Shown here: positions 1 through 8,320 of the stretch, piece after piece | Layout: each line of letters starts with the position of its first letter | Numbering within the stretch: the stretch's first letter is position 1 | From: Bdellovibrionales bacterium | Lineage (GTDB): Bacteria; Bdellovibrionota; Bdellovibrionia; Bdellovibrionales; CAYMLA01 | Assembly (NCBI GenBank): GCA_965217115.1 | Contig: OZ244239.1 | Span: 192,001 to 256,000, forward strand | Length of the DNA: 64,000 nucleotides | Direction of reading: 5' to 3' | Program-made: the position numbers and the translations under genes | The notes under the pieces: generated by a model | Database searches by the model: none | Told to the model about the DNA's origin: nothing | Seen by the model: only the letters and a program-made list of their open reading frames with translations

Positions 1-3
1 GCC

Positions 4-597
4 ATGGAATTCTACACCGAATATGTTAATGGCAAAAAAATCTCTGTTATTTACTCTGGTGACACGATGATTAAGAAACAGTATTGGGGACAAAAAGGGT
101 TGCACAATAGATTCTACATAGAGGCTTTAAAGCATAAATTAACCCATCTATCCACTCCCCTATACTGGTTTATGGTATGCATGGGCTATAAAACATACTT
201 AATCATGGCAAAGAACAGTCTTGAATATTGGCCAAATTATAATAAGAAGACGCCTGAAGATAATCTCCAAGTGTTAAATACGATTGCTGGAAATAAATTT
301 GGCAATGCCTATGACCCTAGTTTAAATATTATTAATACAAAAGGGGTGGGCTGTACGTTGGACCCCTCTGTTGCTAGGATAACTAAAACTGTATTAGAAA
401 TACCTGAAGTTTCATTTTTCATCAAAAGAAACCCTAAATATGCTGAAGGAGCTGAACTGGCAAATATTTCACATCTCAATCTAAAATGGTTCTTATATAT
501 CACTTATAAACATACTTTTGGCCTTTTACTAAAGAAGCTAAAGAAAAATGTTCTTCCTAATCTTAGAAATAAAATAAAGGGGGCACAGGGTGTATGA
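4..597 (+). CDS. Hypothetical GNAT-like protein of the type found in GH3 operons; probably 5'-truncated by the window edge
   Basis: Motifs YSGDT, YWF..MGYKTY, FF..RNP..G.EL; frame is open back to base 1; overlaps the next ORF. Confidence 0.6.
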   Translation: MEFYTEYVNGKKISVIYSGDTMIKKQYWGQKGLHNRFYIEALKHKLTHLSTPLYWFMVCMGYKTYLIMAKNSLEYWPNYNKKTPEDNLQVLNTIAGNKFGNAYDPSLNIINTKGVGCTLDPSVARITKTVLEIPEVSFFIKRNPKYAEGAELANISHLNLKWFLYITYKHTFGLLLKKLKKNVLPNLRNKIKGAQGV

Positions 598-1525
598 TTC
601 TGCCTATGAAAAAATAATTAAAAAATCTCTGCGTTCAAGAGTTGAGACATATAAGAGTAAAATGCCCTATTATTGGGGAGCTAGTTTTTTCAACTTAGAT
701 AAAGTAGCTGCATTTAATGAGTTAAATGAAGAAAAAAAGACAAATATCCTAAGGAATTGCTCTCAAGATATCATTGTGGAGGGAATCCATATAGAAAATA
801 GAGGTATAGATATGGCCTCATTTATGATCCAAAAAACAACTCTTACAAATGAGAAGCATATTTATTCCTTAATAAATGCGGATGAAATTGAGCATTATTA
901 CATACTCAAACGCTTCCTCTTTAGCGCCCCCTCTCCTGAAGATGAAAACCCTTTTATCTCCTTGATGAAAGAGTGCATCAACTCCGCCGACAGTTACCGC
1001 ATAGTCTTTTTTCTCCAAGTTATTTTAGAGGGTTGGGGCATGACTTATTATAACGGTCTTATGAAAGCCTGCCTAGAGCCAAATTTACAGAAGAGTCTTA
1101 GCCGTATCCTACTTGACGAGTCATCCCATCACAGCGTAGGGCTTATTCATTACAAAAACCATCAAGGACAGACAAGGGCCCAACTCAATAAAATGATGGA
1201 TATCTTGGCTGCTCTGCTCGGGATGCTAAGAGCCGGTCCCCAGAGAATCATTGGATGTATTGAGAGAGAAACGGAAGGGTTGACACTTTCTGGGAAAAGA
1301 AAAATTTTCGAAGAAATCAAAGCTCAGCAAGCTGCCCAAAGGCAATTGGATGCTGTGAAAACTCTATTAAGGCATGATCTGTCCAATGAGCTTGTGGATA
1401 GATTAGATAAGCTTAATCTCTTTACTGCCATGACCTCCAAAGAATATACTATGAACCTTCAAAAACATTCTACCACTCCTCAAGAATACACTATGAATTC
1501 CAGAGAACATGCCATGGAACTTTAA
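590..1525 (+). CDS. Ferritin-like di-iron domain protein
   Basis: Paired ExxH motifs (DEIEH, DESSH) with upstream Glu ligands (EGIHIE, LEGWG). Confidence 0.75.
   Translation: MYDSAYEKIIKKSLRSRVETYKSKMPYYWGASFFNLDKVAAFNELNEEKKTNILRNCSQDIIVEGIHIENRGIDMASFMIQKTTLTNEKHIYSLINADEIEHYYILKRFLFSAPSPEDENPFISLMKECINSADSYRIVFFLQVILEGWGMTYYNGLMKACLEPNLQKSLSRILLDESSHHSVGLIHYKNHQGQTRAQLNKMMDILAALLGMLRAGPQRIIGCIERETEGLTLSGKRKIFEEIKAQQAAQRQLDAVKTLLRHDLSNELVDRLDKLNLFTAMTSKEYTMNLQKHSTTPQEYTMNSREHAMEL
1430..1513 (+). repeat. Four degenerate 21-bp in-frame tandem repeats
   Basis: Encode MTSKEYT / MNLQKHS / TTPQEYT / MNSREHA. Confidence 0.7.
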
Positions 1526-1527
1526 TC

Positions 1528-2160
1528 ATGACCTTTCTGGCTAGAATCGTCCCTTTCTTTCCCGTGTTCCTATATATTCTTCTCTTGGGGGAGTTTGTTT
1601 TTACTATTAATGTTGATCCCCTACTTGGCATCACCCTTATTTTATTTACTCTCTACCTATTACCTATACTCATATTTCGAATACATAATATTTTTTATCC
1701 CATTAAATCCGAAGTCATTGATTTAAATATAGGCAAATATATTCCTTGGTGGGGCAGTTATTACTTTCAGAGGATTTATTTTGATATTCCTGTGTTGGAA
1801 TCGATTTTAAAATCTTTCCCTGGATTATATAGTTTCTGGTTACGGCTATGGGGAAGTAAAATTGGTAAAAATATTCACTGGACCCCTAAAGGCACGATCA
1901 CTGATCGTTTTTTACTAGAAATTGGGAATAATGTGGTCTTCGGTTATGAAACGATCCTGACCCCCCATTTCATCACCCCAATCAACGGGATTCAGAGTTT
2001 ACTCTTAGAAAAAATAAAAATAGGCTCAGACAGTTTCATTGGTGGATATAGTGTAATTGCTCCGGGATGCGTAATTCCTGAGAAAAGTTTTCTTCCTTTT
2101 GAGAGTCGTTTAAAAATACGAACTAATTGGGTGAACAGAGATGATAAAGCTAACCCTTAG
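1528..2160 (+). CDS. Membrane-anchored left-handed beta-helix (hexapeptide) acyltransferase
   Basis: N-terminal TM helices; WLRLWGSKIGKN, LEIGNNVVFG, IKIGSDSFIGGYSVIAPG. Confidence 0.75.
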   Translation: MTFLARIVPFFPVFLYILLLGEFVFTINVDPLLGITLILFTLYLLPILIFRIHNIFYPIKSEVIDLNIGKYIPWWGSYYFQRIYFDIPVLESILKSFPGLYSFWLRLWGSKIGKNIHWTPKGTITDRFLLEIGNNVVFGYETILTPHFITPINGIQSLLLEKIKIGSDSFIGGYSVIAPGCVIPEKSFLPFESRLKIRTNWVNRDDKANP

Positions 2161-3589
2161 AATTCTATCTTATTTCCCATATAAAATGTTCGAAAAAGGA
2201 TTGAAAGACCCTGGAATAGCTCAACAAGATATTTTGAAACGAGTTATCTGTGAAGTCACGAAAATAGATCATTACAGACAATATGGTGATATTTCTACCT
2301 GCAACTTTAAAGAAAAAATCCCCATTAGTGATTACGAAGATATACAGCTATCTGTCAAAAAATCTTTAAATGGAAAAAACAATGCCATCGTTTTTGGGAA
2401 AGTGAAACTCTTTGAAAAAACATCTGGTTCTAGCGGTGGATCGAAATACATCCCCTACACAAACAAAGCCTTAATCGATTTTTACCAAACTACTCTTATT
2501 TGGATTTATGACATCATTACTCATCATAAATCATTAAAAACCTTTAAAATGTTCCTTAGTATCTCCCCTTCTTTTCAGGAAAAAGAAGAGAATGTCAGTC
2601 TAGAAAATGATGATGAGTATTTTCCCTATTTGTTTAGAAAGCTTCTGAGTAGAATACTCCTGATTCCTAAAAATTTGAAACAAATTAAAACCCCAGAAGA
2701 GTATGATCGGAATCTCTTATCATTCCTCGTAGAACAGAAAGACTTAGAAATTATCTCAATTTGGAGCCCCAGTTATTTACTCGTGTATCTAGAAAAACTA
2801 GAAGCCGATTATTCAGATTTGAGACATAGAGCCAAGAGAGAGCTCCCCGAAAAATTAGATCTCAATCTCCTCTGGCCTCATTTAAAATTCATCAGTGTAT
2901 GGGGGGATGACGTGGCAGAGGAAGGGTTTCAAAAGATTAAGGAGATTTTTCCAAAAATCCAAATCCAGAAAAAAGGACTCCTCTCTACGGAGTTTCCAGT
3001 GACAATACCTCTTCTTAAGAATCCAAAGGGGCATTATCCATTACTACAACTTGTCTATTTTGAATTCATAAAGGATGGACACTCCCACTCTTTATTGGAA
3101 GTTAAAAAGAACGGGATCTATACACTCGTATTGTCCAAACCAGGTGGATTTATTCGATACAATACTCACGATCGAGTCAAAATTATTGATTTCGATGGAA
3201 GAGTGCCTATCCTAGAATTTGTTGGTCGAGACGGGATTGTCAGTGATCTTGTTGGTGAAAAGTTAAATGCCACCTTTGTCGAAGAGACTCTTAAACTATT
3301 ACTTAGAGATCAAGCCTATCTAATGGCCTGCTATGAGGGGGATGAGTATTTTTACACCCTATTTGCTAATCAGGAAACCAATCTAAGTCAATTAGAACAG
3401 AAACTCTGTCAAAATGTTCATTACAACTATGCAAGAAAAATCGGTCAGTTAAAAGATCTTAAGCAAGTTGTGTGTAAATCTCCAAACATTGAGTACATAG
3501 AGACAAAAAGAAAGAATGGCATGAAGTTAGGAGATATAAAATTCTCCTACCTCATGAAATTAGAACAGAAACTAGAGGAAACCGTATAA
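2141..3589 (+). CDS. GH3-family acyl-acid amido synthetase
   Basis: TSGSSGGSKYIPYT P-loop-like motif, KGLLSTE, RYNTHDRV, FVGR..SDLVGEKL. Confidence 0.85.
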   Translation: MIKLTLRILSYFPYKMFEKGLKDPGIAQQDILKRVICEVTKIDHYRQYGDISTCNFKEKIPISDYEDIQLSVKKSLNGKNNAIVFGKVKLFEKTSGSSGGSKYIPYTNKALIDFYQTTLIWIYDIITHHKSLKTFKMFLSISPSFQEKEENVSLENDDEYFPYLFRKLLSRILLIPKNLKQIKTPEEYDRNLLSFLVEQKDLEIISIWSPSYLLVYLEKLEADYSDLRHRAKRELPEKLDLNLLWPHLKFISVWGDDVAEEGFQKIKEIFPKIQIQKKGLLSTEFPVTIPLLKNPKGHYPLLQLVYFEFIKDGHSHSLLEVKKNGIYTLVLSKPGGFIRYNTHDRVKIIDFDGRVPILEFVGRDGIVSDLVGEKLNATFVEETLKLLLRDQAYLMACYEGDEYFYTLFANQETNLSQLEQKLCQNVHYNYARKIGQLKDLKQVVCKSPNIEYIETKRKNGMKLGDIKFSYLMKLEQKLEETV

Positions 3590-3687
3590 TCGATGCCTGA
3601 GAGTTCTTGAGGTGTCTAACCCCTTGCGTAGATTGTCAGTTTAGAGTTTTAAAAAAAATTCTTTATGCCAAACAATAGTGGAGCCAG

Positions 3688-3839
3688 TTTTTTTCTAGAG
3701 TCTCTCCCAAAAGAATCTAGCCCTTTTCTTGCTCAAACATCCGTTTGTCACCTCCCATTGCAGAGAAATGCAATGGAAGTCGCCAAGCCAAACTCGCCGA
3801 AAAGAACTGGATTCTTTTGGGAGAGACTCTAGAAAAAAA
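3688..3839. mobile_element. MITE-like element, copy 1
   Basis: TIRs (T)7CTAGAGTCTCTCCCAAAAGAATC ... GATTCTTTTGGGAGAGACTCTAG(A)7; near-identical copies at 7901 and 37286. Confidence 0.85.
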
Positions 3840-3935
3840 TGCCATATTCAATCAATCAGTCAATATGAACAAAAAGCACAGATTTTTAAACAAAAAAGAG
3901 GAGACCAAATGGCCATCCTCTTAATCCTGTTGATT

Positions 3936-4532
3936 TTACTTGGGGCACTCTATCAGTTCAGTATCTACATGCATCGATGAAATAGAAAAAGTCTCAGGGT
4001 TATAAGTTCCGCTGAAATAAGTCGTATAACAGGTTTTCGCTTCTTCATCATATCCCACTGCCCCTTGCCTAACTGCTGAGAGTAAGCTGAGAATACTCTC
4101 TGTACCAGAAGCGACACTTGCCAAAACACCTGAATCACTTGTCTCTCGCTCTAATATCCCACTGGGAACACTGTACTTACGCTCGGCACCCCAAACCGTT
4201 GTTTCAACCCATATCTGAGTTGAACCTAAATACCTTAAAGAAAGTGATCTTCCCACTGGTACGGTTATAGTGTATTTTGCAACTTGAGCCACGAAGAGAC
4301 AACGAGCGCAGGTTCCTTTGTCCAAATAGAGATTTTCCCCAATCTTAGTGGCATTGATCTCTTTAATCTCTAAAGAAGTCACGCTCACCTTAGGTTCGCC
4401 CATTAATGGGTGATTCCTAGTATCAAATTTAACTGAGAGTGTACTCGACCCTGAATCATCAGAACTCTGTCCCTGTGCAAAGCCTGAAAATGAGATTATT
4501 AAAAATACCATTCCAATAATTAGCTTCTTCAT
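3936..4532 (-). CDS. Secreted hypothetical protein, paralog A
   Basis: Signal peptide MKKLIIG...GFA; GGAG RBS; paralogous to 4819-5484. Confidence 0.8.
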   Translation of the reverse strand: MKKLIIGMVFLIISFSGFAQGQSSDDSGSSTLSVKFDTRNHPLMGEPKVSVTSLEIKEINATKIGENLYLDKGTCARCLFVAQVAKYTITVPVGRSLSLRYLGSTQIWVETTVWGAERKYSVPSGILERETSDSGVLASVASGTESILSLLSAVRQGAVGYDEEAKTCYTTYFSGTYNPETFSISSMHVDTELIECPK

Positions 4533-4572
4533 TCAATTCTCCCATGTTTACAGTTTATTTACTAAGTCTTGC

Positions 4573-4601
4573 ATTATACCACAGACCCCATAAATAAGCG
4601 A
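4573..4601 (-). promoter_or_regulatory. sigma70-type promoter of paralog A (duplicated at 5525-5553)
   Basis: TCGCTT-N17-TATAAT with extended TG; -35 and -10 hexamers identical in both duplicates. Confidence 0.55.
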
Positions 4602-4672
4602 GGGAGTCCCCCATCCATAGCCAATGACAGAGTAATATTTACAAATTTAAAAATACCTTAGAATCGAGTCAC

Positions 4673-5625
4673 TAGGAGATATAAAATCCTCCTATCCCAT
4701 GAAATTAGAACAGAAACTATAGGAAAACGTATAAATAAAAGGGACAGATTTTTAAACAAAAAAGAGGAGACCAAATGGCCATCCTCCTAATCCTGTTGAT
4801 TTTACTTGGGGCACCCTATCAGTTCACTATATCGGGGCACTTTATCAGTTCACGATATGAATTCATCGATGAAATAAGAAGAGTTTCAGGGTTATAAGTT
4901 CCTCTGAGATAAGTCGTATAACACACGTTAGCATAAGTCGTAGAACACGTTTTAGTTTTTTTAGAACACGTTTTAGTTTTTTCACTCTGTGTCACTGTCA
5001 CTTCCCCTCGCCTAACTGCTGAGACTAAGCCGAGAACTCTCCTTGCACTAGAAGCGACTTTTCTCAAAACATATGAATCACTTGTATCTCGCTCTAATAT
5101 CCCACTGGGAACACTGTACTCACGTTCGGTCTTAGCTGTTTTCTCATGCCATATAAAAGTTAAACCTAAATGCCTTAAAGAAAGTGATTCTTCCAATGGT
5201 ATGATTACAGTGTATTTTACAGCTTGATGCAGCATGAAGATACACCAATGGCAGTTTTCTCTTCCTTTATCGAGATAGAGATTTTCTCCAATTTTAGTGC
5301 CACTTTCTTTCAGTCTAATCTCTAAAGAAGTCACGTTCACCTTAGCTGCACCCATTAATGGGTAATCCCTAGTATCAAATTCAACTAAGAGTGTATTCGA
5401 CCCTGAATCATCAGAGCTTTGCTCTTGTGCAAAGCCTGAAAATGACATTATTAAAAGTGCCATTCCAATAATTAGTTTCTTCATTCAACTCTCCCATGTT
5501 TACAGTTTATTTACTAAGTCTCGCATTATACCAGAGACCCCATAAATAAGCGAGGGAATCCCATCCATAGGCAATGACGGAGTAATATTTACAAATTTAA
5601 AACGTCTTAGGATCGAGTCACTAGG
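4673..5625. repeat. Tandem duplication unit 2
   Basis: Near-identical noncoding flanks to unit 1; junction at TAGG microhomology 4673-4676. Confidence 0.85.
4819..5484 (-). CDS. Secreted hypothetical protein, paralog B
   Basis: Same signal peptide and conserved blocks as paralog A; C-terminal micro-duplications. Confidence 0.8.
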   Translation of the reverse strand: MKKLIIGMALLIMSFSGFAQEQSSDDSGSNTLLVEFDTRDYPLMGAAKVNVTSLEIRLKESGTKIGENLYLDKGRENCHWCIFMLHQAVKYTVIIPLEESLSLRHLGLTFIWHEKTAKTEREYSVPSGILERDTSDSYVLRKVASSARRVLGLVSAVRRGEVTVTQSEKTKTCSKKTKTCSTTYANVCYTTYLRGTYNPETLLISSMNSYRELIKCPDIVN

Positions 5626-6311
5626 TCAGATTTCACTTTATCAAAAACATCTCTTACAGCAGTGCCTGTGATCGTTGAACCGTGCATTGGAGCGATTGTT
5701 TTGAAATTGAGGGCATCAAGCTTTTCCAAGGACTTATTTGAAGATGCTCCATAGGGAATAAAGCCTCCTTTGGTGTAAAAATCTATTATTGAGTCTGAAA
5801 TATCTCTTTCCACAACCGGGTCACAAATACCACCCTGGCAACAAAAGTCAGAGCTGAATAAAATTTGATTTTTCTCTTCAAACCACATATGAGCATCCCA
5901 ATTATGGGGAAAATGGGGCGTCTCAACCATCTTGAGTCTCATATCACCAATGTCTATGGCTTCACCATCTTGAATTACCTCTGCAGGTCGAATGAGCGTA
6001 TCATCTAAACTGATATTGGCGATTTTGTTACACACAACCTTAGCTTCTGGAAATCTCTGTAACCATTTATTTGCAGCACCACTCTCATCAGCTTCAACAT
6101 GTGAAAAAACGATATATTTCAGAGATCTGCCAGCAAGTGAATTTAGAACAAGTTCCTCAAGGGGCTCAAACAAGGAAGACTTTCCGGCATGAACTAGAGC
6201 CGGGCTATCATCATTAAGCAGAAATTGAGCAAATTCAAAATGGGAACTCGGCGCGAGTGATAAACGAAAAACCTTGGGTGCAATCTCTACAGTTGAAGAG
6301 TACAAACCCAT
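5607..6311 (-). CDS. Metallo-beta-lactamase-fold di-iron protein (ODP/FprA-N-like)
   Basis: SHVEADESG, PHFPHNWD, FSSDF, PMHG motifs; no flavodoxin domain. Confidence 0.8.
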   Translation of the reverse strand: MGLYSSTVEIAPKVFRLSLAPSSHFEFAQFLLNDDSPALVHAGKSSLFEPLEELVLNSLAGRSLKYIVFSHVEADESGAANKWLQRFPEAKVVCNKIANISLDDTLIRPAEVIQDGEAIDIGDMRLKMVETPHFPHNWDAHMWFEEKNQILFSSDFCCQGGICDPVVERDISDSIIDFYTKGGFIPYGASSNKSLEKLDALNFKTIAPMHGSTITGTAVRDVFDKVKSDLVTRS

Positions 6312-6364
6312 TGATCAACCTCCAGACTATCTAAAGTATCACAATTCTAAGTATCACTGGGGTT

Positions 6365-7066
6365 TTACTTTATTTTTTCAAAAATAAATTGACCTATGTA
6401 TTCTCCAGTCCTTCTATGCACACCCTCTTTAAAATCCGTGTCCTGTGAGGAAGAGGTTAACAGAGATATAAACTCTGAAGAATTTGAATTAAAAGAAGTA
6501 AATCTATTTCCAGAATCAGTGCCTGCATCATATAGAGGTAAGTTCAATACTAATTTCCGCTCCCACTGCCCGTTACTATCCAGTAGAGACAGACCATGCA
6601 CACCTACAAACCAGTCAGGACTTGGGGCAATCATACTAATTAAAGTGACTAAGGGGTGAGATTTATTGACATCAAACTCTATAGCTACCGAAGCTGTTCC
6701 AGAAGGTAAACCAGAGCTACTCAATAAAAATTCTGCGAGACCCTTATTTTTCTGCTCTTGAATTTCATCTTTGAAATCCCCCTTTGAACCAGTTTCTGCC
6801 ACAGTTTCTATTCCCTGGGTGGCTAACTGATTTCTCCCCCAAAAGCTCACTTTGCTATTATGGGTCGTCCCTATTAGGCCAGAGAAGTGATCCCTGTTAA
6901 CAGGAAAATGAGTGGGAAATCCACTGACCGTCCAATTGGGCTTAAAAGTGATCCGATAGGTGACATCTGCCTCTATATCTCTATCTGAGGAATTTTTTGC
7001 CTGACAAAGTGCCGCGATAAAAAGAGAAGCAAAAACCCATTTAATAACATACATAGAAACTCCCAA
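6365..7066 (-). CDS. Secreted spondin (Spondin_N) domain protein
   Basis: HFSGLIGTTH, MIAPSPDWFVG, YDAGTDSG signatures; signal peptide. Confidence 0.85.
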   Translation of the reverse strand: MGVSMYVIKWVFASLFIAALCQAKNSSDRDIEADVTYRITFKPNWTVSGFPTHFPVNRDHFSGLIGTTHNSKVSFWGRNQLATQGIETVAETGSKGDFKDEIQEQKNKGLAEFLLSSSGLPSGTASVAIEFDVNKSHPLVTLISMIAPSPDWFVGVHGLSLLDSNGQWERKLVLNLPLYDAGTDSGNRFTSFNSNSSEFISLLTSSSQDTDFKEGVHRRTGEYIGQFIFEKIK

Positions 7067-7370
7067 AGTTTATTTATTTACAATCATAACAGAGACTTTA
7101 TTCTTAGAGAGAAGAAGAAGCAACTAATATCTAATACGAGGCCATAAAGGACAGCTGTCTCCAGTGTTGAGCCCATAGAATGGAGCCTTTTTCTGACGTA
7201 AACCCCATTTGAGTCAACAGGGTTGAGTTTTAAAAAATTTAAGCTTGTAATTTTTTCCAAACTGAACTGCTCTATTGAGAATTTACAGGGAAAACCGTAC
7301 AATGCACTTACTATTAGTGTGTAAAACCTTGGAAAAACCCATTACTTAAACGAAAATTTCGGAGGAAATC

Positions 7371-7775
7371 ATGAAGAGGCAATTTATAAAATTTATTATG
7401 GGCCTTATCTTATGCTCATTGAGTGTTTCATCTGCCTATGCTGACCATTCTGGCGTATTTATGCACCACGATGGGGTGGCAAATCTTATGGAGACCAATG
7501 GAGCTGAAATCGAAAGTCAGTGTATAGACCTGAAGAATGACCTTAAGACAGGGACTTTAGTTGCTTCAACAGCTAATCTTCTCGGCCTATGGAAATTTGG
7601 CTTTGTCATGTCCTATGGAACAGGAGCACTTCTGACCCTGGTTGCTTTATGGTTGGCAGAAAATTCTGATTGTGACTCTGGGAATATAGATCATATTTAT
7701 TACGATGATTTTCCCGAAGAAGACGATGAACATACTGTCTTCCATGGAGAAGACTATAATTGGAATAATAATTAA
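7371..7775 (+). CDS. Secreted/membrane hypothetical protein
   Basis: GGAGG RBS, signal peptide, acidic tail. Confidence 0.65.
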   Translation: MKRQFIKFIMGLILCSLSVSSAYADHSGVFMHHDGVANLMETNGAEIESQCIDLKNDLKTGTLVASTANLLGLWKFGFVMSYGTGALLTLVALWLAENSDCDSGNIDHIYYDDFPEEDDEHTVFHGEDYNWNNN

Positions 7776-7875
7776 GATCTCTGATCTGAAAACCACTGGA
7801 CTTCTAAACTAAGTCCTACACACAAGGACAATAGGTTTCCAACTAAACCAAAGAGCCGTCAACGGTTCTTACGAG

Positions 7876-7908
7876 ACGGGTTGCTAAGAAAAGCAACCCG
7901 TTTTTTTT
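7876..7908 (+). terminator. Intrinsic terminator
   Basis: ACGGGTTGCT-aagaaa-AGCAACCCGT followed by a T-run. Confidence 0.75.
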
Positions 7909-8052
7909 CTAGAGTCTCTCCCAAAAGAATCCAGCCCTTTTCTTGCTCAAACATTCGTTTGTCACCTCCTATTGCAGAGAAATGCAATGGAAGTCGCCAA
8001 GCCAAACTCGCCGAAAAGAACTGGATTCTTTTGGGAGAGACTCTAGAAAAAA
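7901..8052. mobile_element. MITE-like element, copy 2
   Basis: Perfect TIR pair; starts at the terminator T-run. Confidence 0.85.
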
Positions 8053-8165
8053 GGCCGTATTCAATCAATGGGTCAATGGACCTCTTTCTATGACTGACCT
8101 CCATGTGTAACAACGCTGTTATCCATGGATAGTTTTAAAAGAGAGCCCTCAAGATGGGTCTCTTA

Positions 8166-8196
8166 GGAACAGTTCCACTATTTATCACAAAGAACC
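8166..8196. repeat. Second repeat motif GGAACAGTTCCACTATTTAT..CAAAGAACC
   Basis: Recurs at 37419-37449; degenerate inverted copies at 37238-37270 and about 3659-3689. Confidence 0.7.
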
Positions 8197-8253
8197 TTTT
8201 TTTAATACCACAGAGACAAGATGCGCCCGTTGCCCCTGCTTCCCAGTCCCTAT

Positions 8254-8285
8254 AAAAAAAGAGGCAAATAGAGGCCTCTTTTTTT
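8254..8285. terminator. Bidirectional terminator-like hairpin
   Basis: AAAAAAAGAGGC...GCCTCTTTTTTT. Confidence 0.55.
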
Positions 8286-8320
8286 CTAGCTTTTATGTAT
8301 CAGTAATTCTACTTTTGATT

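Larger units (their letters stand above)
3528..4676. repeat. Tandem duplication unit 1 (GH3 3' end to MBL-gene 3' end)
   Basis: 3528-3589 recurs at 4673-4734; 3877-4676 aligns with 4744-5625. Confidence 0.85.

Noticed and set aside
3729..3980. ORFs 3729-3980, 7859-8113, 7881-8093 and 37278-37463 that resemble each other
   Set aside because: They are translations of the noncoding MITE repeat, not a protein family.
3936..5484. Diversity-generating retroelement (TR/VR) explanation for the paralogs
   Set aside because: Differences are not adenine-specific, include indels, and no reverse transcriptase is present in the window.
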